A DNA stretch of 64,000 nt from a virus (lineage: Duplodnaviria; Caudoviricetes): positions 128,001 to 192,000 of IMG/VR virus record IMGVR_UViG_3300047160_009226; one strand, given 5' to 3'. Positions 26,354-37,800 of this stretch are shown here, piece by piece; the stretch's first letter is position 1, and each line of letters starts with the position of its first letter. The notes beneath the pieces were generated by a model, which made no database searches, was not told where the DNA came from, and saw nothing but the letters and a program-made list of their open reading frames with translations. Position numbers and translations under genes: made by a program.

Positions 26354-27871
26354 TCAATAAGAAATAAAATCCAAATGAAATTGATATACATCGTAGAACT
26401 CAGCTGCAACATCACAAGGATCTGACATGACCCAATCCACGGCTGCTTCTTGAAATAAGTCCGAAGTCGCACCATCTGTCAAAAATCCATCATCGAGTAT
26501 AGCCGTCCCGATATCGGGATAATCGTTCCAAGGAAACCACACACGATCCGCATTAATAAGAGTCCGATAGTTCGTCGTAACAGGAAAGACACCAACAACT
26601 TGTGGAAAGTTCAATACTACCATTGACACTGTCGTTTCTTCTTCCTGCGTTGGCCACCACGGACCTCGAAATGTCCAATTAGTGCGGGGTAAAGAAAATG
26701 CACAGTCCAAACTAAATTTCAATTCACCATGAGAATTAAAATAAGAAGCGAGAAATTGTTTAGATATCGACTTGAAGATCGCCCCGTCCAATATCCATCC
26801 CTTCGCATACATGAGCACTCGCGTCGAATTCACCAGATTAGCGTGATCAAAATGAGCTTTCAATGCGTTGACAATGATCAAGTGATCTTCCCAATTCGTT
26901 GTCTTTAAAAACTCAACACCCACTCCAGGCAGACAAGCAGGTTCCATCTCACGGGTATATGGATTAGATTCTCCTACAGGAATAAACTCAGGGACATCTC
27001 GTATCGAAGCTTGCCTGATGTGTTCACCCGCTGCTATAATTCCACCCCGCCGTTCCCAGTCATCCCGTGCATCCGAAGGATCCGCCCCAAAGTCCGCAGG
27101 CGGTGGCCCGGGATAATCCATCAGGCCCCTCTTGATTGCGTCCTGAAGCCAACGGGCCCCCGAGGTCATAGGCATCCGTGGATCGCCATTAGCCTTACTC
27201 TCCCCCATAATGATATTAGGTACCCCCTTCACTCCCATGGGGAAATAGTCGAATTGATATCCCTCAGGAATCGGTGCAATCCAGAATGGTTTAGTTTGAT
27301 CAAAAGCTGAAGGATTTGTCTTTGGTACTAAACTTCTCAACCACGTTGGAGATTGTACATCTGGAACACTATGTGCTGCATAAAATGTATTGGGAGGAGC
27401 AGGAAGTTTTCTCGTTAACAACTCAGATGGTGGACCTGGTGGAAGAGACAGTAAAACACTTGGAGTAACTGAAGGAGGAGGTGATAATGATTCATTTGAT
27501 ATATAGTCCGGAGTCCATGCATTCCACCACCACAAACAGTGAACTGTTTTAGTAGTTTCATCAAATCCTACAGAAAGACCAATGGCATTATGAAGTGGAA
27601 AAACTTTAATAGGCCGTGCTCCATAATTTGCATCTTTATACATACAAAGAATCGGCACAGGAAACGACTGAACCTCCTTCTTGGAAAGCAAAGAATAACT
27701 GATCCGACTTCCTATAGGATAGATCTCCTCCTGTATAAGAATACTTCCAGATGATTTCGGTAAGTTCACTTTAAACGCAGGAATACTATACTGAGCTGCC
27801 TCTGTAATGACAGTCAGTGATTCTCCAGAAGGAAGTGTAACTACTGATGGTCTCCGTCCAATAACCGGCAT
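26354..27871 (-). CDS. Proline-rich putative virion protein, paralog family member 2
   Basis: SVVTLPSGESLTVITE, LWWWNAWTP, STRVLMYAKGWI. Confidence 0.7.
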   Translation of the reverse strand: MPVIGRRPSVVTLPSGESLTVITEAAQYSIPAFKVNLPKSSGSILIQEEIYPIGSRISYSLLSKKEVQSFPVPILCMYKDANYGARPIKVFPLHNAIGLSVGFDETTKTVHCLWWWNAWTPDYISNESLSPPPSVTPSVLLSLPPGPPSELLTRKLPAPPNTFYAAHSVPDVQSPTWLRSLVPKTNPSAFDQTKPFWIAPIPEGYQFDYFPMGVKGVPNIIMGESKANGDPRMPMTSGARWLQDAIKRGLMDYPGPPPADFGADPSDARDDWERRGGIIAAGEHIRQASIRDVPEFIPVGESNPYTREMEPACLPGVGVEFLKTTNWEDHLIIVNALKAHFDHANLVNSTRVLMYAKGWILDGAIFKSISKQFLASYFNSHGELKFSLDCAFSLPRTNWTFRGPWWPTQEEETTVSMVVLNFPQVVGVFPVTTNYRTLINADRVWFPWNDYPDIGTAILDDGFLTDGATSDLFQEAAVDWVMSDPCDVAAEFYDVYQFHLDFISY

Positions 27872-28101
27872 TTGTCAACAATCTCCTTCCATAATGCTCG
27901 GATCACCCTTACCACACTTTTAGGCATCCAGAACGGAGAGGTCAGTACCGTAAGAACCAACCCGATGATAAAAATCGTATACCTTGTCGTAGGCGATATT
28001 TTCTCTACCACCATCTTCATGTTCTGAATCGTCACAATCGCTGCCAGCGACATGCACACGAATACGTAAATCACCAAAATTTGCAAGATCGATCCCATCA
28101 T
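27841..28101 (-). CDS. Small membrane protein (two hydrophobic segments)
   Basis: ILQILVIYVFVCMSLAAIVTI and YTIFIIGLVLTVLTSPFW; GGAG RBS and an upstream promoter motif. Confidence 0.7.
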   Translation of the reverse strand: MMGSILQILVIYVFVCMSLAAIVTIQNMKMVVEKISPTTRYTIFIIGLVLTVLTSPFWMPKSVVRVIRALWKEIVDKCRLLDGDHQ

Positions 28102-28131
28102 TCTCTCCCGAAGTAGAAAATCTCTCTCTAT

Positions 28132-28158
28132 ACTATACCCAGCTTTCGGGAGAAATTC
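28132..28158 (-). promoter_or_regulatory. Putative phage promoter GAATTTC-N14-TATAGT
   Basis: Minus strand gaatttc tcccgaaagctggg tatagta in the intergenic gap upstream of 27841-28101. Confidence 0.65.
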
Positions 28159-28199
28159 TCCTTAAATCAAAAATTTTTTTCTCTAAGCTTATCAATGAT

Positions 28200-31190
28200 C
28201 TAGCAAGGCCATAACGGCCTGATTCTTTTTCCAATTGGAATCATTTCATCAATACTTGTCCCCGAAACAGGAGTCGTTGGAATACCAGGTAATGCTGGTG
28301 GTCCAGGATTTACCGGAACCGGATCAAATCGATCCACGATATTCCTAAAGTATGCAACTGGATTTGATCGAAGATAGTCCAAAAAGTAGAAAGACGGAGC
28401 TGATTCCTCAATTCCAAGTCCGATCACCTTAACCGGATTCGTTGTGCCTGGAGTGATAGAAGTAATAATCCCTGGATTAACATTCATCCCTCCAAGATCT
28501 GGTCGTAGCGGATAAGGTACGTTCCCTTGTAAATAGATGTTCTTTCCCTGGATAAATGTCTTGACAACCACTGGAGGATTTAAGATCAAATACGGTCTCA
28601 TAGGAACCTCTGCCTGATACGCTCCTTCAGGAATCCCCTTTTCAGCAGAAGTCGCAATTGGATCAGGCATCCCAGCCACTTGTGTAGTTCCGATCGACAA
28701 GGCCAACCCCCTGAGATCACAAGTCTGATTTACTCCTTTTGGCACTACTTCTGTCACACCAACTTGAAATAACCAGACTCCCATAAAACTACTAAAATTA
28801 TTAGTTGTTAAACCATTAATTGTCATAACTCCAGTGTTGATCTGCATCTCCAACATAATTTGATTTTTATAAGTCGGAACCATTTGATTTGGTGGATCTA
28901 TTGGATTCGGAAAAAGGAATAAATAGTTTCCTGTTTGACCTCCAGTCGCTTCAACTGTTCCCCTCCATTTAGCAATTGATTGATCAGTATTTTGAATAGA
29001 TGGCATACTTGTTCGCGTAATAGTTGCCTTAAACGTCATCGGAACCTTCCGGCTCTCTGAACAAGGTGTAGGCGGCGTACCATCAGGTGTATTATAGTAA
29101 ATATCCTCCATCACAAAAAACAGAACAGTCGCTTCTCCATGCAATCCAGAACTATCCTGAACATGAATTCGAAAAACATAAGTTCCTATTTGTGTAGGTG
29201 TTCCATAAAATAACCCATTGATATCAAATAACATTCCAGGTGGCATTCCCCCACTTCGTGATGCTGGAGGAAAATTAACATTCGGAATTAAATTTCCATA
29301 TATATCAAAAGGATAGGGAGGAGTTGGCTGACCCTCCAAAATCGGTGTACGTGCTGGATCATTAGCACTTGATCTTGTTCTTCTCAGACACCATTGATAA
29401 GGACCAGTTCCTCCGGATACCCTAAACTGATGTCCTACTTCCCCAGGTGTCGAAGCCGCAAATCCCGGTAGAGCCACCCCAAAAGGAAACAAAAGATTGG
29501 AATTTACAATCGTAACCGTATTAGGTCCTTGATATTCGCTATTCACGACTGCCGGAGTCAAATCAGATAGCCCGACTGTCAAGCCGCCAAACTGTTCCAT
29601 AACTACATCATCTACAGGTGGAGTATCTTCAATCAATACTAAATTTTGTACTTGTCCTTTAGCCATCATCAGAACTCGAGTTCCCATTCTACTAGCTTGA
29701 ACTTCTCTTTGATGATAAAGGTGTTGTGTATAAGTATTCATCGAGTCTTGAATAGCAGTGAGGTTGAGTAATCCTCCTTCCTTTTGTACTTGATCAGATG
29801 AAATCAAACCAGGATCATGTGGTAATGCCTTATAAGCATCCGTAAACTGAAATGGATCAGTGTCTTTGCCAGGTGATGCTCCATCTACAGCCAAAAGACT
29901 ATTCTTGTTCGTCCTGTTGTAAATTCCAGCCCAACCACCACCTGGATCTAACGGAGGATCTCCAACGGAATAATCGAAATCGACATTTTCTGTGGTTCGC
30001 TGAAATGCATGTGGTTCGTTGGCATCCAGCGGAAGTGTAAACGTAATAGGAGTCTGCTTATATGTATTATAAAAAGCGTCTATGTTTGATTCCTGCGAGA
30101 TGGAACATTGCAACTTCCCATCTACAGACACCACGTAAATTGATGTAAACCCATCACCAGTAGCACGACTTACTGGAATATACATCTTATCAATGTATAC
30201 ATTAAAGTTGAGTGTTACATTTTGCTCTGTATGAGAGTGCTGGAAATCTATCGTTGCAGAATAAATGATCAAAGAATTAGGTGCGTCTTTGTTAGAAGGA
30301 ACTTGTAAAGTATAAGGGTCATTTTGATCTGCACCGAAAGTCCATACAAAAGGCTGCACTTCAGACCCAATTGCCGCTGTACCTTGCATCCTCACGACAG
30401 CCTTAGGATTTCCATCCCGAAAAGGTCCGTTCGTTGGATCCTCTCCAGCGTCTGGTTGATCTGAACTAGATAAAGGAAGATTCAAGCTTTCCCTGATGCT
30501 GCCAGGTACTTCTCTTCTCGCCAAGACAATCTGCACAAATAAACTCTTCCAAGTCATTCCCTGTTCTGGCTGATTCCCATTCGGATCTACTCCCAAGTTA
30601 ACCGTCAAAGTCCCACTACGTCCAAATATCCCCGTTATCGGGAAATGATTCGGTCCAATCGGTGGTGGAAAAGTCATCACCTGATTCACAGGTTTATTAA
30701 TCGCCTGTAATGTTGTCCCATCTGGATCTTGATAAGTTTTCCAATCACCTCTCGTTAAGGCTGCAGCGGGAACCAAATGAGTCGGAACACAAGAGATCTG
30801 AATAGGTACACTATTCAATGGAGAAAAAAGATTCCACCAGAATAAAACGGTGACCTCTTTTGTTGTAGGAAAATATGTTAGATCTAACCCCTGAGCATCT
30901 CTAAGATAATGAGCTGTTTTCGGATTAGGGCCATCTCTTGCGTTGTTTTCCAGTATAAAAATCGGAGTAACCGTCGGATTAGTCTGAGCTTTATTGCCAA
31001 CCGTTTGAAAGAGCCACCCAAGCCGCTCATTACGTTGAGGAGCCTCACGACATACAATCAATCTCCCACGGCTTCTAGGATCAAGTAACCATGATTGTGC
31101 TCTGACTCTCTGCGCGCATTCAGATAGAACTGCTAATACTTCCCCACTCTCCAAAACAACCATCGCTGGGTTTCTTGCGAAAAGTGGCAT
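28200..31190 (-). CDS. Large putative virion protein with putative-Ig (He_PIG-like) domain, paralog family member 3
   Basis: AMVVLESGEVLAVLSE, LFWWNLFSP, GTRVLMMAKG; Ig-like VSGGTGPYQW...MPPGMLFD..GLFYGTPTQIGTYVFRIHVQDS. Confidence 0.72.
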   Translation of the reverse strand: MPLFARNPAMVVLESGEVLAVLSECAQRVRAQSWLLDPRSRGRLIVCREAPQRNERLGWLFQTVGNKAQTNPTVTPIFILENNARDGPNPKTAHYLRDAQGLDLTYFPTTKEVTVLFWWNLFSPLNSVPIQISCVPTHLVPAAALTRGDWKTYQDPDGTTLQAINKPVNQVMTFPPPIGPNHFPITGIFGRSGTLTVNLGVDPNGNQPEQGMTWKSLFVQIVLARREVPGSIRESLNLPLSSSDQPDAGEDPTNGPFRDGNPKAVVRMQGTAAIGSEVQPFVWTFGADQNDPYTLQVPSNKDAPNSLIIYSATIDFQHSHTEQNVTLNFNVYIDKMYIPVSRATGDGFTSIYVVSVDGKLQCSISQESNIDAFYNTYKQTPITFTLPLDANEPHAFQRTTENVDFDYSVGDPPLDPGGGWAGIYNRTNKNSLLAVDGASPGKDTDPFQFTDAYKALPHDPGLISSDQVQKEGGLLNLTAIQDSMNTYTQHLYHQREVQASRMGTRVLMMAKGQVQNLVLIEDTPPVDDVVMEQFGGLTVGLSDLTPAVVNSEYQGPNTVTIVNSNLLFPFGVALPGFAASTPGEVGHQFRVSGGTGPYQWCLRRTRSSANDPARTPILEGQPTPPYPFDIYGNLIPNVNFPPASRSGGMPPGMLFDINGLFYGTPTQIGTYVFRIHVQDSSGLHGEATVLFFVMEDIYYNTPDGTPPTPCSESRKVPMTFKATITRTSMPSIQNTDQSIAKWRGTVEATGGQTGNYLFLFPNPIDPPNQMVPTYKNQIMLEMQINTGVMTINGLTTNNFSSFMGVWLFQVGVTEVVPKGVNQTCDLRGLALSIGTTQVAGMPDPIATSAEKGIPEGAYQAEVPMRPYLILNPPVVVKTFIQGKNIYLQGNVPYPLRPDLGGMNVNPGIITSITPGTTNPVKVIGLGIEESAPSFYFLDYLRSNPVAYFRNIVDRFDPVPVNPGPPALPGIPTTPVSGTSIDEMIPIGKRIRPLWPC

Positions 31191-31194
31191 TCTT

Positions 31195-31446
31195 TTATAC
31201 CTGAAGATTATCCAACTGAATCAATTCAGCATTAATCAGTAAATCATGCCAATTACCACCCTCTTCTGATGGCCTAGTATCTGTCTCCCAATTAGCAAAG
31301 ACTCCATAGACATTAAATCCATTGAAGCAGTGGGCCTGAGCTTCCTCTTCTGTTTTCCATACAGAACCTCCCACCGGCTTTATAGGGCGCATTTGATTCT
31401 CAAAATAACCTTCATATAAAACTTTCTTGCCGACACAATAGATCAT
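31195..31446 (-). CDS. Hypothetical protein (83 aa)
   Basis: ORF track; AGGT RBS; co-oriented. Confidence 0.7.
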   Translation of the reverse strand: MIYCVGKKVLYEGYFENQMRPIKPVGGSVWKTEEEAQAHCFNGFNVYGVFANWETDTRPSEEGGNWHDLLINAELIQLDNLQV

Positions 31447-31461
31447 ACCTTCAAATCCTTT

Positions 31462-31830
31462 CTATTCAATATCAGAAATTCCCATCTCTTTCATAAACTT
31501 TCTTCCATTCTCACTAAGCTTCAATTTTTTCTTGTCGTCTTCTTCAATAGAAACTATCTTTCTTTCGATACCTTCAAGAATTACATGGAATGCTTTCCAA
31601 ACCACTTTAATTGGACCTAATGAATCAGATGACCAGTCATTGACCCACAGCGTGACTCGATAAAACCTTTGCAACGCTGTAGCATATAGAGGAATCACTT
31701 CTATCTTTGAAAACTTCTGCTTACAAGGATACTTTTTAACAATCTCATCTAGTATCTTTCGTTTACAAGCCTCCGAACACCATGCCATGTCAACCTGATT
31801 CTCAGGTAGGTCAAGTTTCGTGGTACTCAT
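31462..31830 (-). CDS. Hypothetical protein (122 aa)
   Basis: ORF track; GGGGGTGAG RBS. Confidence 0.7.
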   Translation of the reverse strand: MSTTKLDLPENQVDMAWCSEACKRKILDEIVKKYPCKQKFSKIEVIPLYATALQRFYRVTLWVNDWSSDSLGPIKVVWKAFHVILEGIERKIVSIEEDDKKKLKLSENGRKFMKEMGISDIE

Positions 31831-31882
31831 GGCTCACCCCCTATGAGTATCTAGAGAAAAAACCCTTGTTTGAACACCTCCC

Positions 31883-34800
31883 CTATTGACTCGAAAGAAT
31901 TCGAGGTCTCTTCGGATCTCGTGACTGGAGTACGTACAAAACCCTTTTAGCGGGAATATAGTTATTACCATTTGGACCGAAGTAAGCACCAGGACCAGTG
32001 GAAACAAATCTATCAGGATAGTCTGATAAAGTAGGGTCTGAATCACTGGAAAATCCGTAGATATCACTGACTCTTAGTCGCAACAGCCACCTAATAGGAT
32101 AGTTTCCTGAGAACGGTCTGAGATCCAGTGGTCCATCCTGGAGCAATTCACCTGGAGTCCCATTATCAGTATTTGGTGGGGTATTCCATCCCACAGCATG
32201 ACCTTTAAATTCCCCAGTCGCAGCTCCCGATACTTTAATCTGGTACATAATTTCCCAATAAGATACTGGAAACACAATTGTACCCACATTATGAAACGCC
32301 TCGAATGTCTCATTCACGCCTCTCCAAACATTATTGAGCAATCCACCATTGAAGTCGATCTGTTCGTTCTGTACCACGATTAACTCATCATCAATCATGA
32401 AACCGTGAAAATATTTATTCAATGGGTCCTTGAGAGCATTAATATTCTTAAGCAAAATCGTAGAATCCAGTACTCCAATTCCAGTAGCCAGTGATGCCAT
32501 ACTCGACTCTGACGGATCATCACCAGCGTTCGCTGTTCCATCTCCATCTTTATCCAACCAACCGAAAATCTCATATCGATCCAGAACAGAATCGGCTGAC
32601 TTTTGATCCACTCCACCCTTATGAGCCGTTCCCAAGATGCTCTGTATGAATGCTGGAGTACTGCCAACAGGGCGGTATGGCAAAACATCAAAATCATACC
32701 ACATACCAGAAATAGGTCCTGGATCAACTCTCGAAGATAGCCATTTGATGCGTCCATCTGGTAACTGGCTCACCAACCAGTTAACTACTTCAGGACCAGC
32801 TGCTTCAGTGACAATGAGATCAAGTGCGGCAATATAAAGATTATTCTGTGCTCCAGGACTGACTGGATCCGCCAAACTCATTTGAAACTCAATCATAATC
32901 TGACTGAGTTGATCCGCAGTCCAGAAACCATACCATGTATATGTAGTAAAGTCTTTCCACGGACCAGCTGATGGTGGTTCACTAGATCCTGTCTCTGGTC
33001 TCGGAATCAAAAAGTTATTGATCAACATTGGTCCTAAACCAGCGAGCGCTCCGGTGCACTTATCCGGAAGCAGTGGCTGGAACCAAACATCAATTCCTGG
33101 AGCTTCTTCGACAACAAACACAACTTGCCCTGGAGGCCCAATTATTGGTGGCGGTCCTGGAGGTAACACTCCCGGTGGCGGTGGCAACAAATGTGGTGGC
33201 GGTGGCGGAGGAAGAACCAGAATCGGTTGTATAACCGTAATAGAAAGATCCGCAGTTTGTACCTGATTAGCAGAATCCACTACTCCAACAGAAAATGGAT
33301 ATCTTCCTCCACTAGTGCCTACTGTAACTGGTATTCCAGAGAATACCCCGCTACCACCAGGATCGAGAGTAATGTTAGGAGGCAAGTTTCCTGCTAATAA
33401 ACCCCAATGGTAAGGTGGGGTTCCACCAACAGCCGATAATGATTCAGAATAAGGAGCGCCCAACGTCGCATTAGGGAGTTCACTTGTCAAAATCACCAGA
33501 GGAGATAGATATCCCCAGTAGATCTGTCCAGATCCTGCTCCAGTTCCGCTCATGTTGCCAGTGGCATCAGGATGGCCAGTGACACTCATGAGCACATCAC
33601 CCTTATCGGGTTTTCCAGCGGTCCCAAAATATTGGAGCTTCAAAGTAAAGGGAGCTTTTCCAACAGTGCCACCAGACTGATAAGGACCTTTTGGAATTGT
33701 TGTCGGCGGTGGAGTAGTGTCGGGGACTCCCGCAAAAGTCGCCTTCAGCCCCGTATTCAGTCCACTAATATCCGAATCAGGAATGTTAGACCACACAAGA
33801 CCCGATCGTGCAAACCCAGCCAGTTCAAGAAGATCGGCTCCTCCTTTCGCTCCCAATTCGATAGTCTGATTAATCGTATTAAAACTAACCCGACTAACAG
33901 CCACATGGTTTAAACCATCATCCGGAGGTGTTATTGGAGCATAATCCGGAGGCTCCCAAATTGTCGTCGGATCATCTGGATCTAATCCAGTCGTATATCC
34001 TGAAATCCAGATCTTCATATCATAGATAGGCGGTGATGGAGGCGGCGGTGGTAATGTAGGTGGTGGTGATGGTGTTGGTGGTACTGGCGGACCAGGTGGC
34101 GATGGTGGTGGCAGTACCGGTGGACCAGGCGGTGGTCCAGGTGCGATAATATCATGTGTTGTATTCCAATGATTCTGCCTGCCCTTTGCATCTGTAACCG
34201 TAACACCAAACAGATATACCCCTGCTTGAGTCGGGGTACCACTATAATTAAACTCTGACGAATCAGCCGGATTCGTAACGCCTATGATTCCTGGTGGAAT
34301 TCCTGCCAACTGATTACCACTCGTCGGAACAATATAAATGTACCAAATATAAGGAGGTTGTCCACCAGTCACAGTAAATGCGACGATATCACTTTGATCC
34401 TTAGGATATGGCACTCCTACCTGTCCATCAGGTAGTATTGTCGGATTACCAATAACCGTAAAAGGAGGTGATGGAGGGACAGAATAAATCGTTGGAGGAA
34501 CAAGTCTAGGATCTTGATGCAATCTCACCCGAACTGTAATGGCCGTATAGAAAGGCGAGCTAACTCCAGGAGGCGGTGGTAGAAAACCTGGCGGTGGAGG
34601 TAAAAATACTGGAGGTGGCGGACTTGGAAATACAGCTGCATTCGATGGATCAGCGAAATCATATACTACAGCAGAAGATCTCTGATCAAAAGAAAGTGGG
34701 AAAATTTCATAATCACTATTAATATCAGTATCACTATAAGCAATCTTAGGCAAAGGACTTGGACTTGTTGGACTGCCAGAAGGCCACTTTAATCCTTCCC

Positions 34801-37800
34801 ATATATCAACAATTGATCCTTGATGCGTCCCATAAGACTGGATCTCATTGACAGGAATGACCTTAATCTGATTATATGCAATAGGTACTCCTCCAGCAAT
34901 AATATCAACACCAGATACTTCTACCGTAGATTTAGTACTGCCATCGGAGTTCATCAGGATTACATTTACTGTTGCTCCTGAGATATCTGCATTATCCCAG
35001 CTTCCAGTAAAAACAGCCAAGTAATTCGTGAACGAACCTAAAGCCAAGGTGTTCATTGGCCCTTTGATCGTCATCGTACCAAGGTTCAAGTCCGCTTCAA
35101 GTCCAGCAACTCCTCCTGTAACATATCGAGCCCGTACTCGAACCGTAATATTATTCCATACTGCCTGAATTGGCGGATCTGTAAATCCAAACTCTTGCTG
35201 AGAAATATCAGTACCTGATCCAGCGGGATCAAGAATAATCGTCGCATAATTACTATCATCTGTGCAGTCGATGTCTACATTAATAGCATCCAATAAAGTA
35301 TCTGTTGAGAAACCCCAAAGTGGCGGTACAGAACTCAAAACTTGATCCGGCTCCAATCGAACAGGTACGGTTACTGGCAGTGGATTAACAATGTTACCTG
35401 ATACCAGCGCATCTATTTCTGTGACCTTAATCGCATTGAGTTGTGTTTGTCCTGCCGTCGTATAACAAGCAACTTGAACCACCAACCCTCTTATTTGCTC
35501 CGTCGTCCACTCCCCCTCCCAAGTCCAAGCGAAGTTCTGAAGAACAGTAGACAAACCATCTACCACACTAAATGTCTTTGGAGATCCAACTGGCAATCCG
35601 TCAATATAAGGCTGGAATGAAAATACAGGAGATTGAACATCATATACCTCTTGCATCCTCACCCGCAGAATCAACATTGTCCAAATTGCATCAGTAACTG
35701 GATCAGTCATACCATAGTTGACAGCGGCCATGCTCAAAAGAGGCGGTGGTCCAAATGAATACATTACATATGTTTGATCATTTGGAGACGTTATCGTCGA
35801 ATTAATGTCGGACCATGTCCCTGATATTGTCCCCAATTGACTCAAAACAGAATCAGGAACTAATGTCTCTACAACACTAGTGCCCGCAGGAGGTGGTAAC
35901 ACTGGAAGCGGAGGAGGAACTGGAATAGGTGTGACAGGAGCACCTTTAACGACTAAGATCGCCTGCGTACCCGCATATCCCACGTCACTCCCCACGCCAA
36001 GAATATCAATCGAATAGCTATCTTCTCGCGTATTTGTTGTTTGTACAGTAAGAGTCACCTTTACAGGCGCTCCAGGAGCTGGTTGCACTACAGACTGTGA
36101 AAATGCTTTCTGAATAGTGGCTCCACCAACATCATCAAAAGGTCTAATACCCGCTGAAAGTGCGACTGTCGTTGTTCCAATGGGTGCCGTTACTGTCACA
36201 GCGTATGATGCTGTACCATATGTAGGAATCTCTGCAACAACAGGAAGAACATCCACAAAGAATTCAGTCGAACCAGGTTTAGATGGCGGTGATGGTAACG
36301 GAGGTAGAGGTGCCTCTGCAATGATAAACTGGACAATGCCCGACGCCCCTGAACCAGAACTATCAGATGCTACAGCCGTAATTGAAAACCGAGCTACAGT
36401 ACCTACTGCAGCTGTTCCACTCGTCACATGAAATAAGATCTGAACCGTCTCTCCATTATTAATAGAAATCTGATCCTCTGAAAACGTTCCTGTAACACCA
36501 GGATTCAATCCTATCCACGTCACACCTGGAAAGACCGTTCCATCATATCCATTTGAAGTAATCTTAACAGCGAAATCATACCATGATAAATCCGCTGCTC
36601 CCATCGGATCAACTTCTACACTTAAAAGATCAGGGATCTGCGGAGGAGGAATAATAACCGCTGGAGGTGGCTCTACAGCTGCTTCAACTTCTACATTCGA
36701 AAGAAGAACCCAAGGTGTAGCTGCATTGGCGTCATCCACATCTTCAGCAATAAGATGTGGTTCCATCACCAAAGAAAGATCCTCAATTTCGCGTCCAGTC
36801 CAATGACCAGTCCACAACATTTCATATGTTTGCCAAGAATCGGAAAGTTCTGGAGTAAACTGGATATCGCCTATCGGCTGACCAGCTGTTAATAAACTGG
36901 CTTCAAGAGCTAATTCTGGAATAGGAATAGCTCTGACTACTACACTCAAATCCGAAAGCTCAACCTGATTTCTCCCCAACTCATCCGGATGGTCAGTCCA
37001 CATTTTGTCGGGGAACCGTGGCTCAAATCTTATGGCCAGCCGAACCAGATCTGATTGGAACCATAGACCTCTCCAAACCATTTGATGTGAAAAATTACTA
37101 GATACAAAATCAAGAGGTAATGTTGATTTCTCAACTGCTCCTCTAAGTGGAATTCCGCCTGACATTGGCCTAACAACCAATGTCATTTTAAAATCTTCTG
37201 AATTAGATGGGCTTTTAATCGCTGAAAAACTGACTCTGACCTCAGTCCATGGTCCAGGGCCATCCAACGGATCCATCTGAATAATAGCAACAGATGGCTG
37301 CCCACTGAGAGACATAACGCTGGAAATTTCTCCTCCATTCTTCAGTGTAAGCCACAAAGGAACCGGTCCCCAGAATGTTCTATGTATATCTGCAAACGGA
37401 ATTAAATTTTGAACGGGATTATCAGGTATTGGATCAGTTAAAACCCCATCAAGTTCCGGTTCTGTTTCATCATAGATTTCTCGTGGAAGTACCCAATAAT
37501 CACCAAACTTAACCGCAGGTTCAGGCCTACTTGGGAAAATCGTGATTGATGCTTGTGCAGTTGATCGATAATTGTTGCTATCTGTCACATGAACAGTAAC
37601 GACGTAATCCCCCTCTTGAGTCGGGACACCATAAATTGCTGCTAACGCTGAATCAAAGTTTAATCCAGGTGGCAGTCCATTAGTTCCATAAAGACCTGGA
37701 GTAATCGACCATATAAAAGACGGAGGAGGCGGAGATGCAAAAGGAGTTACTAATAACGTTATTCCTCTACCTCCACTACCTGATGATCCTCCACCTCCTC

